Notes: generated by a model from the letters alone, not told the origin. A stretch of 64,000 nt of DNA from Azolla caroliniana (GCA_043228905.1 JBHGNT010000010.1:12586001-12650000); one strand, 5' to 3'. Shown: positions 23,710 through 39,544, numbered from the stretch's first letter. Made by a program: numbers and translations.

Positions 23710-26700
23710 GTTTCAAATGAAATTTGACAAAATATTATGTTGTTCGGGACAAGAAGAAGCAATATATTTAGTCGTGGTTATTTCTCAACATGGTTATGAC
23801 AAATTAGTACACCGACAATTATAGTGTGGATAACTTGAAAGAATTTCCAAAAATACGCATCGATTGTAGAATAATGGTGAACTCTCGATCAACATTGCAC
23901 CATATTTCTTTATTTGAAGCAAAGCACTAGAATATTACATTAACTAATTCATTTACTAAATGAATTGCATTGTAGTCTAGTTGGTTCTGATCCATGATTT
24001 TTACACGAGACTCCCGGGTACAGCAATTGGCATGGGAAAAACTAGATACATCATAGATCATGAGTTAATATCGCATCGATGGAAACCCTTGAAATTATTA
24101 AATCTTAAAACCGAGACTGTGTTAGAGTAATCCTCTGTTTCTCGTTGATGCTTGCGCAATATATTAATATTATTTATTACTAATCAATGATTGCAATATT
24201 GAAAAGTACACAAGATATAATCCATTGTAGTCTAGTTGGTTAGGATACTAGGCTCTCACCTGAGAGACCCGGGTTCAACCATAGCAATATTATTTATTAC
24301 TAATCAATCATGGCAATATGAATAAGTACACTAGATATGATCCATTGTAGTCCAGTTGGTTAGGATACTTGGCTCTCACCTTAGAGACCTAGGTTCAACT
24401 CCCAGCAATGGAAATGACAATATCATATATTAAATTTCCGATGCATATCATGTGTTAACTGTTTGAAAACTAAAAAACTCAGGACCTAAAGTAGGTGTTA
24501 CAATAATGTACAGTTAACAAAATATTCAATATTATGTTTGGAGGATTGATAAAGAATTTTACTTTGGTTTTTTTCTCCTAACATCAATTTCTAAACTTAA
24601 TCCCATTATTCAATTAATACTAGAGGTTTCAAATGAAATTTGACAAAACATTATGTTGTTCAGGACAAGAAGAAGCAGTATATTTAGTTGTGGTTATTCC
24701 TCAACATTGTTACGACAAATTAGTACACCAAAAATTATAGTTTGGATAACTTGATACAATTTCTAACATACATAAAATTAGATACATCATAGATCATGAG
24801 GTAATGTCATATTGATAAGAACCATTCAAATTATTAAATCTTAAAAACGAGAGTGTGTTAGAATAATCCTCAGTTTCTCGTTGATACTTGCGCAATATAT
24901 AAATATTACTTATTACTATTCTATGATTGCAATATATCTATACATAATATAGGATCCATTGTAGTCTAGTTAGTTAGGATACTCGGCTTTCACCTGAGAG
25001 ACCCGTGTTCAACTACCCGCAATGGAAACAACAATATCATACATTCAATTTCCGACGCATATCATGTGTTAACTGTTTGATAACTTAAGACCTAAAGTAG
25101 GTTTTACATTAATGTACAATATTATGTTTGACGGATCGATGACGAACTTTACTTTAATTTTATTCTCGTAACATCAATTTGTAAACTTAATCCCATTATT
25201 TGATTAATGGTACAGGTTTCGAATGAAATTGAACCAAACATTATGTTGTTCGGGACAACAAGAACTAGTATGTTAGAAATTCGTCAACATTGTTACGAGA
25301 AATTACTACACCAACAATTATAGTTTGGATACCTTAATCCAATTTCAAACAATAGGCATAGATTGCAGAATAATGCTCAACTGTCGACAAGCATTGCACC
25401 ATGTTTCTCTATTTGTGGCAAAGCACTAGAATAGTAAATTAACTAATTTATTTACTAAATGAATTCTATTGTAATCAAGTTGCCTCGAATCGTTGATTCT
25501 TACTTGAAACGCGATAGGGAAAACTAGATACATTATATATCATGAGTTAATGTGGCATCGATAAAAAGCTGTGAAGTTATTAGATCTTAAAAATAACAGT
25601 GTGTTAGAACAATCCTTAGTTTTCATTGATGCTTAAGCAATATATAAATATTATTGATTAGCAATCGGTGATTGTAATATTTAAAAGTGTAGAAGATGTG
25701 ATCCATTGTAGTCTAGTTGGTTAGAATACTCGGCTCTCACCTGAGAGACCCGGGTTCAACTCTTGGATATAGTTTGAAGGATTAATAAAGAACTTTGCTT
25801 TGATTTTTTACTCCTCACATCAATTTCTAAACTTAATCCCATTATTCAATTAAAAGTAGAGGTTTCAAATGAAATTTGACAAAATATTATGTTGTATGCG
25901 ACAAGAAGAAGCAGTATATTTAGTTGTGGTTATTCCTCAACATTGTTACGACAAATTAGTACACCAACAATTATACTTCGGATAACTTGATACAATTTCC
26001 AAAAATACGCATAGATTCTCGAATAATGATGAATTCCTGGAGAGCATTGCACCATGTTTCTTTATTTGAAGTAAAGCACTAGAATATTACATTCACTAAT
26101 TCATTTACTAAATGAATTCCATTGTAGTCTAGTTGGTTCAGATCCTTGTTTTTTACACGATACTCCCAGGTACAACAACTCCCATGGGAAAAACTAGATA
26201 CATCATCGATCATGAGTTAATATCGCATCGATAAAAACCCTTGAAATTATTAAATCTTAAAAATGAGAGTGTGTCAGTATAATCCTCAGTTTCTCGTGGA
26301 TGCTTAAGCCATATATAAATATTATTGATTACTAATCAATGATTGCAATATTAAAATGTACACTAGATATGATCCATTGTAGTCTAGTTGGTTAGGATGC
26401 TTGGCTCTCACCCGAGAGACTTGTGGTTAACTCCCGGCAATGGAAACGACAATATCATATCTTAAATTTCCGACGCATATCATGTGTTAATTGTTTGATA
26501 ACTCAAAAACTCAAGCTCTAAAGTAGTTGTTAGAATAATGTACAATTAACAAAATAATCAAAATTATGTTTGAAGGATTTATGACGAACTTTGCTTTTAT
26601 ATTTTTCTCCTAACATCAATTTTTAAACTTAATCCCATTATTCAATTAATAGTATAGGTTTCAAATGAAATTTGACAAAACAGTATGTTGTTTGGGACTA

Positions 26701-29700
26701 GAAGAAGCAATATATTTAGTCGTAGTTATTCCTCAATATTATTACGACAAATTAGTACACCACGAATTATAGTTTGGATAACTTGATACAATTTCAAAAA
26801 TACGCATAGATTGTCGAATAATGGTGAACTCTCACTGAGCATGGCACCATGTTTCTTTATTTGAAGTAAAGCACTAAACTATTACATTAACTAATTCATT
26901 TACTAAATGAATTCCATTGTACTCTAGTTGGTTTGGATCATTGTTTTTTACACAAGCCTCCCGAGTACAACAATTGGCATGAGAAAAACTAGATACATCA
27001 TAGATCATGAGTTAATATCGCATCGATGGAAACCCTTGAAATTACTAAATCTTAAAAACGAGAGTGTGTTCGAATAATCCTCTGTTTCTCGTTGATGCTT
27101 GCGCAATATATAAATACTATTTATTATTAATCAATGATTGCAATATTAAAAGGTACAGAAGATATGATCCATTGTAGTCTAGTTGATTAGGACACTCGTC
27201 TTTCACCCGAGAGACCTGTGTTCAACACCCGACAATGGAAACGACAATATCATGTGTTAACTGTTTGATAACTCACAAACTCAAGACCTAAAGTAGGTGT
27301 TCCAATAATGTACAATTAACAAAATAATCAATATTATGTTTGAAGGATTGATGACGATCTTTAGTTTGATTTTTTTCTCCTAACATGAATTTCTAAACTA
27401 ACTCCCATTATTTGATTAATGGTAAATGTTTCAAATGAAATTGGACAAAACATTATGTTGTTCGGGACAACAAGAAGTAGTATATTTAGTTGTGGTTATT
27501 CCTCAACATTGTTACGATAAATTAGTACAGCAACAATTATAGTTTGGATAACTCGATACAATTTCAAACAATACGCATAGATTGTAGAATAATGGTCAAC
27601 TGTCGATGAGCATTGCCAAATGAATTCCATTGTAATGAAGTTGCCTCGAATCGTTGATTCTTACTCGAAACGCGATAGGAAAAACTAGATACATTATATA
27701 TCATGAGTTACTCTGGCATCAATAAAAAGCCGTGAAATTATGAAATCTTAAAAACGACAGTGTGTTACAACAAACCTCAGTTTTTCATTTATGCTTAAGC
27801 AATATATAAATATTATTTATTACCAATCAATAATTGCAATATTAAAAACTGCACAAGATGTGTTCCATTGATGTCTGGTTGGTTAGAATACTCGGCTCTC
27901 ACCCGAGATACTTGTGTTCACCTCCTGCCAATAGAAAAGACAATATCATATATAAAATTTTGCAACGCATGTCATGTGTTAACTGTTTGATAACTCAAAA
28001 ACTCAAGACGTAAAGTAGTTACAATAGTGTACAATTAACAAAATGAACTCCAAAGCTCAAGATCTAAAGTAGTTGTTAGAATAATGTACAATTAACAAAA
28101 TAATCCAAATTATGTTGAAAGAATTAGTGATGAACTTTGCTTTGATTTTTTACTCCTCACATCAATTTCTAAACTTAATACGAATATTCAATTAATAGTA
28201 GAGGTTTCTAATGAAATTTGACAAAACATAATATGGTTCTGGACAAGGAGAAGCAGTATATTTAGTCGTGGTTATTCCTCAATATTGTTACGACAAATTA
28301 GTACACCAAGAATTATAGTTTGGATAACTTGATACAATTTCCAAAAATACGCATAGATTGTCAAATAATGGTGAATTCTCGATGAGCATTGCACAATGTT
28401 TCTTGATTTGAAGTAAAGCACTAGAATATTATATTAACTAATTCATTTACTAAAAGAATTCCAGTATAGTCTAGTTGGTTCGGATCCTTTCTTTTTACAC
28501 GAGACTCCCGGGTACAACAATTGGCATGGGAAAAACTAGATACATCATAGATCATGAGTTAATATCGCATCGATAAAAACACTTGAAATTATTAAATCTT
28601 AAAAACGAGAGTGTGTTACAATAATCCTCAGTTTCTCGTTGATGCTTGTGCAACATATAAATATTATTTATTACTAATCTATGATTGTAATATTATGAAG
28701 TACAGAAGATAGGATTCATTGTAGTGTAGTTGGTTAGGATACTCGGCTTTTACCCGAGAGACCCGGGTTCAACTGTCGGCAATGAAAACGAGTATATCAT
28801 ATATTAAATTTCCGACTCATAGCATGGGTTAACGGTTTGATAACCCAAGACCTAAAGTAGATGTTACAATAATGTACAATTAAGAAAATAATCAATATTA
28901 TGTTTGACGGATTATTGACGAACTTTGCTTTGATATTTTTCTCCTAACATCAATTTCTAAAGTTAATCCCATTATTCAGTTAATAGTAGAGGTTTCAAAT
29001 GAAATGTGACAAAACATTATGTTGTTCAGGACAAGAAGAAGCAATATATTTAGTCGTGGTTATTTCTCAACATGGTTACGACAAATTAGTATATTGACAA
29101 GTATAGTTTGGATGACTGGATAGAATTTCAAAAATACGCATAGATTGTAGATTAATGGTTAACTTTCGATCAACATTGCACCATATTTCTTTATTTGAAG
29201 GAAACCAATAGAATATTACATTAACTAATTCATTTACTAAATGAATTCCATTGTAGTCTAGTTGGTTCGGAACCTTGTTTTTTACACGAGACTCCCAGGT
29301 ACAACTATAGGCATTGCCAAAACTAGATACGTCATAGATCATGACGTAATGATGCATCGATTAAATCCCTTGCAATTATTAAATATTAAAAACGATAGTG
29401 TGTTAGAATAATCCTCACTTTCTCGTTGTTACTTGCGCAATATATAAATATTATTTATTACTAATCAATGATTGCAATCTTAAAAACTACAAGATGTGAA
29501 CCATTGTAGTCTAGTTGGTTTGGATACTCAGCTCTCACCCGGGAAACCCGGGTTCAACTCCTTGCAATGGAAACAACAATATCATATGTTAAATTTTCGA
29601 CGCATATAATTTGTTAACAGTTTGATAACTCAAAAGCTCAAGACCTAAAGTAGGTGTTACAATTAACAAAATAATCAATATTATGTTTGAAGTATTGATG

Positions 29701-32700
29701 ATATACTTTACTTTAATTTTTTTCTCCGAACATCAATTTCTAAACTTAATCCCATTATTCGATTAATGGTAGAGGTTTCGAATGAAATTGCATCAAACAA
29801 TATGTTTTTCGGGAAAACAAGAAGCAGTACATTCAGTTCTGGTTATTCCTAAACATTGTTACGATAAATTAGTAAACCAACAATTATAGTTTTGATAATT
29901 TGATACAATTTCAAAAAATACGCATAGATTGCAAAATACTGGTCAACTGTCGACAAGCATTGCACCATGTTTCATTATTTGTAGCAAAGCACTAGAATAG
30001 TATATTAGTAATTCATTTACTCAATGAATTCTACTGTAATCAAGTTGCCTCGACTCGTTGATTCTTGCCCGAGATGCGCGGGTACAAGTACAAGCATAGG
30101 ATAAACTAGATACATCATAGATCATGAGTTAATTTGGCATAGATAAAAACCCGTGAAATTATTAAATCTTAAAAATGAGAGTGTGGTAGAATAATCTTCT
30201 GTTTTTCGTTGATGCTTGCGCGATATATAAATATTATTTATTACTAATCAATGATTGCAATATTAAAAAGTGCACAAGATGTGATCCGTTGTAGTCTAGT
30301 TGGTTAGAATGCTTGGCTCTCACACGAGGGACCCAGGTTCAACTCCTGGGAATAGATTGCACCAACAATTATACTTTGGATAACTTGATACAATATCAAA
30401 CAATACGCATATATTGCAAAAAAATGGTCAACTGTAGTGAAGCACTTGAATATTACATTAACTAATTCATTTACTAAATGAATTCCACTATAGTCTGGTT
30501 GGTTCAGATCCTTGTTTTTTACACGAGACTCCCGGGTACAACAATTGGCATTGGAAAAACTAGATCATGAGTTAATATCGCATCGATAAAAACCCTTGAA
30601 ATTATTAAATCTTAAAAACAAGAGTGTGTTAGAATAATCCTCAATTTCTCGTTGATACTTGCGCAATATATAAATATTACTTTTTACTAATCAATGATTG
30701 CAATATTAAAAAGTACACTACATATGATCCATTGTATTCTAGTTGGTTAGGATACTTGGCTCTCACCCGAGAGACCCGGGTTTAACTCCCAGCAATGGTA
30801 ACGACAATATCATATATAAAATTTCTCACGTATATCATGTGTTAATTGTTTGATAACTCAAAAAGTCAAGCTCTAAAGTAGTTGTTATAATAATGTACAA
30901 TTAAGAAAATAATCAATGTTATGTTTGAAGGATTGATGACGAACATTGCTTTGAGTTTTTTCTCGTAACATCAATTTGTAAACTTAATCCCATTATTCGA
31001 TTAATGGTGGAGGTTTCAAATGAAATTGGACAAAACATTATGTTGTTCAAGACAACAAGAAGTAGTATATTTGGTTATAGTTATTCCTCAACATTGTTAC
31101 GATAAATTAGTACACAAAGAATTATAGTTTGGACAACTTGATACAATTTCTAAAAATACACATAGATTGTCGAATAATGGTGAAGTCTCGATGAGCATTG
31201 CACCATGTTTCTTTATTTGAACGAAAGCACTAGAATATTACATTCACTAATTCATTTACTAAATGAATTCCATTGTATTCTAGTTGGTTTGGATAATTGT
31301 TTTTAACACGAAACTCCCGGGTACAACAACTCGCATGGGAAAAACTACATACATCATACATAATGGCGTAATGTTGCATCGATAAAAACCATTGAAAATA
31401 TTTAAATCTTAAAAACGAGAGTGTGTTAGAATAATCCTCAGTTTCTCGTTGATGCTTGTGCAATATACCAAGATTTATTATTACTAATGTATGATGGCAA
31501 TATATCTATACACAAGATAGGATCCATTGTAGTCTAGTTGGTTAGGATACTCGGCTTTCACCCGAGAGACCCGTGTTCAACTCCCGGCAATGGAAACGAC
31601 AATATCATATTATAAATTTCTAACGCATACCATGTGTTAATTGTTTTATAACACAAAAACTCAAGACCTAAAGTAGTTGTTACAATAATGTAAAATTAAC
31701 AAAATAATCAATATTATGTTTGAAGGATTGATGACAATCTTTAGTTTGCTTTTTATAGTTTGGATAACTTGATAGAATTTCCAATCATACACATAAATAG
31801 TAGAATAATGTTGAACACTCGATCAACATTGCACCATAGTTTTTTATTTGAAGAAAAGCACTAGAATATTATATTAACTAATTCATTTACTAAATGAATT
31901 CTATTGTAGTCTAGTTGGTTCGGATCCTTGTTTTTCACACGAGACTCCTGGGTACAAAAATAGGCATTGGAAAAACTAGATACGTCATAGATCAGGAGGT
32001 AATGTCGCATCGATAAAAACCCTTGAAATTATTTAATCTTAAAAACGAGAGTCTGTTAGAATAATCCTCAGTTTCTCGGTGATGCTTGCGCAATATATAA
32101 ATATTAGTTATTACTAATCTATGATTGCAATATTAAGAAGTACCCAAGCTAGGATCCATTGTAGTCTAGTTGGTTAGGATACTCGGCTTTCACCCGAGAG
32201 ACCCAGGTTCAACTCTCGGCAACGGAAACGAGTATATCATATATGAAATTTCCGACTCATAGCATGTGTTAACAGTTTGATAACTCAAAAACTCAAGACC
32301 TAAAGTAGATGTTACAATAATGTACAATTAACAAAATAATCAATATTATGTTTGAAGGATTGATGACGAAGTTTGCTTTCATTTTTTTCTCCTAACATCA
32401 ATTTCTAAACTTAATCCCATTATTCAAGTAATCGTAGAGGTTTCAAATGAAATTTGACAAAACATTATGTTGTTCGGGACAAGAAGAAGAAATATATTTA
32501 GTCGTGGTTATTTCTCAACATGGTTACGACAAATTAGTACACTGACAATTATAATTTGGATAACTGGATAGAATTTCCAAAAATACGCATAGATTGTAGA
32601 ATAATGGTGAACTGTCGATCAACATTGCACCATATTTCTTTATTTCAAGCAAACCACTAGAATATTATGTTTGAAGTATTGATGATGTACTTTACTTTAA

Positions 32701-35700
32701 TTTTTTTCTCCTAGCATTAATTTCTAAACTTAATCCCATTATTTGATTAATGGTAGAGGTTTCAAATGAAATAGCACCAAACATTATGTTTTTCGGGAAA
32801 ACAAGAAGCAGTACATTCAGTTCTGGTTATTCCTAAACATTGTTACGATAAATTATTAAACCAACAATTATAGTTTTGATAATTTGATACAATTTCAAAA
32901 AATACGCATAGATTGCAAAATACTGGTCAACTATCGACAAGCATTGCACCATGTTTCTTTATTTGTAGCAAAGCACTAGAATAGTATATTAACTAATTCA
33001 TTTACTCAATGAATTCCATTGGAATCAAGTTGCCTCGACTCGTTGATTTTTGCCCGAGATGCGCAGGTACAAGCACAGGAATAGGGAAAACTAGATACAT
33101 CATAGATCATGAGTTAATTTGACATCGATAAAAACCCGTGAAATTATTAAATCTTAAAAACGAGAGTGTGGTAGAATAATCCTCTATTTCTCGTTGATGC
33201 TTGAGCAATATATAAATATTATTTATTACTAATCAATGATTGCAATATTAAGAAGTGCACAAGATGTGATCCATTGTAGTCTAGTTGGTTAGAATACTTG
33301 GTTCTCACACGAGAGACCCAGGTTCAACTCCTGGGAATAGATTGCACCAACAATTATTGTTTGGATAACTTGATACAATTTCAAACAATAGGTGTAGATT
33401 GCAAAATAATGGTCAACTGTAGTAAAGCACTCGAATATTACATTAACTAATTCATATACTAAATTAATTTCACTATAGTCTAGTTGGTTCAGATACTTGT
33501 TTTTTACACGAGACTCCCAGGTAGAACAATTGGCATGGGAAAAACTAAATACATTATAGATCATGAGTTTACACAAGACTTCCGGGTACAACATTAGGTT
33601 GTTCGGGAAAACAAGAAGCGGTAGACTTGGTTGTGGTTATTCCTGAACATTGTTATGACAAATTAGTACACCAACAATTATAGTTTGGATCACTTGATAC
33701 AATTTCAAACAATACGCATAGATTGTAGAATAATGGTGAATTGTCGATGACTTTTGCACTATGTTTCTTTATTTGTAACAAAGGACTACAATGGTACATT
33801 AACTAATTCATTAACAAAGGACTAGAATGGTACATTGTAATCAAGTTGCCTCGGATCCTTACTTTTCACCTGGGACGCCCGGCTACAAGTAGATATATCA
33901 TATATCTTGAGTTAATGTTGCATCGATAAAAACCATTGAAATTATCAAATCCTAAAAACGATAGTGTGTTAGAATAAGCCTCAGTTTGTCATTGATGCTT
34001 GCGCAATATATAAATATTATTTATTTCTAATCAATTATTGCAATATTAAAAAGCACACAAGATGTGATCCATTGTAGTCTAGTTAGTTAGGATGCTCGGC
34101 TCTCACCCGAGAGACCGGTGTTCAACTCCCGGCAATGGAAAACACAACATCATATATCAAATTTTGCGACGCATGTCATGTGTGTACTGTTTGATAACTC
34201 AAAAAGTAAAGACCTAAAGTAGTTCTTACAAAAAATGTACAATTAACAAAATAATTAATATTATGTTTGAAGGATTGAAAAAGAACTTTACTTTAATTTT
34301 TTTCTCCTAACATTAATTTCTAAACTTAATCCCATTATTCGATTAATGGTAGAGGTTTCAAATGAAATTAGACCAAACATTATGTTGTTCGGGAAAACAA
34401 GAAGCAGTATATTCAATTGTGGTTATTCCTCAAGATTGTTACGATAAATTAGTACACCAACAATTATAGTTTTGATAACTTGATATAATTTCAAAAAATA
34501 CGCATAGATTGCAAAATACTGGTCAATTATCGACAAGCATTGCACTATGTTTCTTTATTTGTAGCAAAGCACTAGAATAGTACATTAACTAATTCATTTA
34601 CTCAATGAATTCCATTCTAATCAAGTTGCCTCGACACATTAATTTTTGCCTGAGATGCGCGGGTACAACCACCTGCATAGGAAAAACTAGATACATCATA
34701 GATCATGAGTTAATTTGGCATCGATAAAAACCCATGAAATTCTTAAATCTTAAAAACGAGAGTGTGTTAGAATAATCTTCTGTTTCTTGTTGATGCTTAC
34801 GTAATATATAAATATTCTTTATTACTAATCAATGATTGCAATATTAAAAAGTGCTCAAGATGTGATCCATTGTAGTCTAGTTGGTTAGAATGCTTGGCTC
34901 TCAGACGAGAGACCCTGGTTTAACTCCTAGGAATAGATTGCACCAACAATTATAGTTTGGATAACTTGATATAATTTCAAACAATACGCATAGATTGCAA
35001 AATAATAGTCAACTGTAGTAAACCACTCGAATATTACATTAACTAATTCATTTACTAAATGAATTCCACAATAGTCTAGTTGGTTTAGATACTTGTTTTT
35101 TACACAAGACTCCCGGGTACAACAATTGGCATGGGAAAAAATAAATACATCATAGATCATGAGTTAATATCGCATCGATAAAAACCCTTGAAATTATTAA
35201 ATCTTAAAAACGAGAGTGTGTTAGAATAATCCTCAATTTCTCGTTAATACTTGCTCAATATATAAATATTATTTATTACTAATCAATGATTGGAAGATTA
35301 AAAGATACTCTAGATATGATCCATTGTAGTCTAGTTGGTTAGGATACTTGGCTTTCACCCGAGAGACCCGGGTTTAACTCCTTGCAATGGAAACGACAAT
35401 ATCATATATAAAATTTCCGACGTATATCATGTGTTAATTGTTTGATAACTTCCGGGTACAACAATAAAGATTGGAAAAACTAGAGACATCATAGATCATG
35501 AGGTAATGTCGCATCAATAAATACTCTTCAAATTATTAAATCTGAAAAATGAGAGTGTGTTAGAATAATCCTCAGTTTCTCGTTGATGCTTGCCCAATAT
35601 ATCAATATCACTTATTACTAATCTATGATTGCAATATATCTATACACAAGATAGGATCCATTGTAGTCTAGTTGGTTAGGATACTTGGCTTTCACCTGAG

Positions 35701-37019
35701 AGACCCTTGTTCAACTCCCAGCAATGAAAACAACAATATCATATTATAAATTTCCAACGCATATCATGTGTTAACTGTTTGATAACTCAAAAACTCAAGA
35801 CCTAAAATGTAAAATTAACAAAATAATCAATATTATCTTTGAAGGATTGATGAAAAACTTTAGTTTGGTTTCTCTAGTTTCGATAACTTGATAGAATATC
35901 CAAACATATGCATAGATTGTAGAATAATGCTGAACTCTAGATCAACATTGCACCATAGTTCTTTATTTGAAGAAAAGCACTAGAATATTACATTAACTAA
36001 TTCATTTACTAAATTAATTCCATTGTAGTCTAGTTGGTTCGGATCCTTGTTTTTTACACGAGACTCCCGGGTACAACATTATGTTGTTCAGGAAAACAAG
36101 AAGCGATAGATTTGGTTGTGGTTATTTCTGAACATTGATAGTTTCGATCACTTGATACAATTTCAAACAATACGCATAGATTGGAGAATAATGGCCAATT
36201 GTCGATGACTTTTGCACTATGTTTCTTTATTTGTAACAAAGGACTACAATGGTACATTAACTAATTCATTAACAAAGGACTAGAATGGTACATTGTAATC
36301 AAGTTGCCTCGGATGCTTACTTTTTACCTGGGACGCCCGACTACAAGTAGATATATCATATATCATGAGTTAATGTGGCATCTATAAAAACCCTTGAAAT
36401 TATTAAATCCTAAAAACGATAGTGTGTTAGAATAATCCTAAAAACGATAATGCGCAATATTTAAATATTATTTATTTCTAATCAATTATAGCAATATTGA
36501 AAAGGATTACACACAAGATGTGATCCATTGTAGTCTAGTTGGTTAGGATGATCGGTTCTCACCCGAGAGACCCGTGTTCAACTCCCGGTAATGGAAAAGA
36601 CAATATCATATATCAAATTTTCGACGCATAGAATGCGTTATCTGTATGATAACTCAAAAACTCAAGACCTACAGTAAATGTTAGAATAATGTACAATTAA
36701 CCAAATAATCAAAATTATGTTCGAAGGATTGATGACGAACTTTACTTTGATATTTCTCTCCGAACATCAATTTCTAAACTTAATCCCATTATTCGATTAA
36801 TTGTAGAGGTTTCAAATGAAATTGGACAAAACATTATGCTGTTCGAGACAACAAGGAGAAGTATATTTGGTTGTGGTTATTCGTGAACATTGGTATGAGA
36901 AATTAGTACAACAACAATTATAGTTTGGATAACTCGATACAATTTCAAACAATACGTATAGATTGCAAAATAATGGTCAACTCTCGATGAGCATTGCACC
37001 ATGTTTCTTTATTTGTAAC
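23710..37019 (+). repeat. tRNA-Glu-containing tandem satellite, block 2
   Basis: Same monomer; 26476-~33200 duplicates 5336-~11600 with shared indels. Confidence 0.97.
31523..31595 (+). tRNA. trnE-TTC: tRNA-Glu(TTC), paralogue of 9913-9985
   Basis: Identical body including the CCGTG T-stem variant. Confidence 0.65.
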
Positions 37020-37667
37020 TGTTGAAAAACAGTGCTCGGCCACAACCGAGGAATAGGATCAACTCTCAGAAAACGGGAAATACAAAGTGCACGGGGACAA
37101 TAGAGAGAAAGGTACACTGGATATTTTACGTGGAAAACCCTAAATGGGAAAAACCACGGGAGTCCTCAAACTCCAACTATCACTATGAACAGGGATGTAC
37201 ACTGGTGAAGCTACAAGGCAACAACCTTGAGCTCACTGTCTTCGCCACAGGCGGCGGTAATACACAGAGGCAACGACCTCTTCGTCTCTCTCTCTCTCTC
37301 TCTCGGCTGCTCTCACTTCGCATAAAAATGAGCAACAACATTTAAACTGTTTGCCCTAAGTCATATTTATACACATATGACTTTCGGGCTATTTACAAAT
37401 ATAGCCTCAAGGGCTCTTGGCAAAACATATTCACAAATATGTCCCCGCATCCAGATCTCTCTCCGGGTACATTCGTCATCCGGCTCCGTAACCGGGGTCT
37501 TCAGCATCCGGCTCCGTAGCCGGGGTATTCATCATCCGGCTCCGTAGCCGGGGTCTTCATCATCCGGCTCCGTAGCCAGGGTCTTCGTCATCCGGCTCCG
37601 TAACCGCAACCGGGTTTGCCGTCATTCATCTCCGGACATCCCATCCGGAGGGACCGAAATCCTAACA
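37020..37667 (-). mobile_element. Solo LTR (648 bp), unrelated to the chromovirus LTRs, probably Copia-type
   Basis: TGTT...AACA ends; 5-bp TSD GTAAC (37015-37019 / 37668-37672); empty site at ~12918 in the paralogous block; minus-strand TATAAATA near 37365. Confidence 0.9.
37472..37606. repeat. 28-bp GC-rich tandem repeat, ~5 copies, in U3 of the solo LTR
   Basis: CATCCGGCTCCGTA starts at 37477, 37505, 37533, 37561 and 37589. Confidence 0.95.
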
Positions 37668-39544
37668 GTAACAAAGGACTAGAATGGTACATTAACTAAT
37701 TCATTTATTAAATGAATTCCATTGTAATGAAATTGCCTCGGATCCTTGCTTTTTACCCAAGACGCCCGAGTACAATTAGATATGTTAGATATCATGACTT
37801 AATGCGGAATCTATAAAAACCCTTGAAACTATTAAATCTTATTAAATCAATGATTGCAAGATTAAAAAGCACACAAAATGTGATCCATTGTAGTCTAGTT
37901 GGTTAGGATACTCGGCTCTCACCCGAGAGACCCGGGATCAAGTTTTATTTACTAAATGAAGTCCATTGTAATCAAGTTGCCTCGAATCGTTGATTCTTAC
38001 TCGTAACGCGTGGGTACAAGTATAGGCATAGGAGAAACTCGATACATTATATATCATGAGTTAATGTGCCATCGATAAAAAGCCGTGAAATTATTAAATC
38101 TTAAAAACGAGAGTGTGTTAGAATAATCCTCTATTTCTTGTTGATGCTTGCGTAATATATAAATATTATTTATTATCAATGATGGCAATATTAAAAAGTG
38201 TACAAGATGTGATCCATTGAAGTCTAGTTGGTTAGAATACTCGGCTCTCACCGGAGAGACCCGAGTTCAACTTCCGGGAATTGAAAGAACAATATCATAT
38301 CTAAACTTTTGCGACGCATGTCATGTGTTAACTATTTAATAACTCAAAAAGTCAAGACGTAAAGTAGTTACAATAATGTACAATTAACAAAATAATCAAT
38401 ATTATGTTTGAAGGAATGATAAAGGACTTTGCTTTGATTTTTTTCTCCTCACATCTATTTCTAAACTTAATCCCATTATTCAATTAATAGGAGAGGTTTC
38501 AAATGAAATTTGACAAAACGTTATGTTGTTCGGGAAGAGAAGAAACAATATATTTAGTTGTGGTTATTCCTCAACATTGTTCCGACAAATGAGTACACCA
38601 ACAATTATAGTTTGGATAACTTGATACAATTTCAAACAATACGAATAGATTGCCGAATAATGGTAAACTCTCGATGAGCATTGCACCATGTTTCTTTATT
38701 TGAAATAAACCACTAGAATATTACATTAACTAAATCATTTACTAAATGAATTCCATTGTAGTGAACTTGGTTCATATCCTTGTTTGCGCAATATACAAAT
38801 ATTATTTATTACTAATTAATGATTGCCATAATAAAAAGTACAATAATCCATTGTAGTCTAGTTGTTTAGGATACTTGGCTCTCACCCGAGAGATTCGGGT
38901 TCAACTCCCGACAATGGAAACGACAATATCATATATTAAATTTCCGACGCATATCATGTGTTAACTGTTTGTAACTCAAAAACTGAAGATTATGTTTGAA
39001 GGATTGATGACGAACTTTACTTTAATATTTTTATCCTAACATCAATTTCTCAACTTAATCCCATTATTCAATTAATGGTAGAGGTTTCAGATGGAATTTC
39101 TCAAAAAATTATGTTGTTCGGGACAACAAGACGGAGTATGTTTAGTTGTGGTTATTCCTCAACATTGTTATGATAAATTAGTACACCACAAATTATAGTT
39201 TGGATAACTTGAAATAATTTCAAACAATACGCATAGATTGCAGAATAATAGTTAACTGTTGATGAGTATTGCACCATGTTTCTTTATTTGTAACAAAGGA
39301 CTAGAATGGTACATTAACTAATTCATTTTCTAAATGAATTCCATTGTAATCAAGTTGCCTCGGTTCCTTGCTTTTTACCTGAGACGCCCGTGTACAACTA
39401 GATATATATCAGATATCATGAGTTAATGTGGCATCAAGAATAACCCTTGAGATTATTAAATCTTAAAAACGAGATCGTGGTAGAATAATCCTCAGTTTTT
39501 CGTTGATGCTCGCGCAAATTGCCTCAGATCCTTGCTTTTTACCC
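37668..39544 (+). repeat. tRNA-Glu-containing tandem satellite, block 3
   Basis: Matches 12918-13190 joined directly to 19730-21279. Confidence 0.95.

Noticed and set aside
37022-37345. 107-aa ORF
   Set aside because: Lies wholly within the solo LTR and crosses a (CT)n tract.
39517-39544. ~28-bp TSD around the Penelope composite (vs ~50469-50497)
   Set aside because: Same monomer position but too many differences; they belong to different ghost-tRNA variants.
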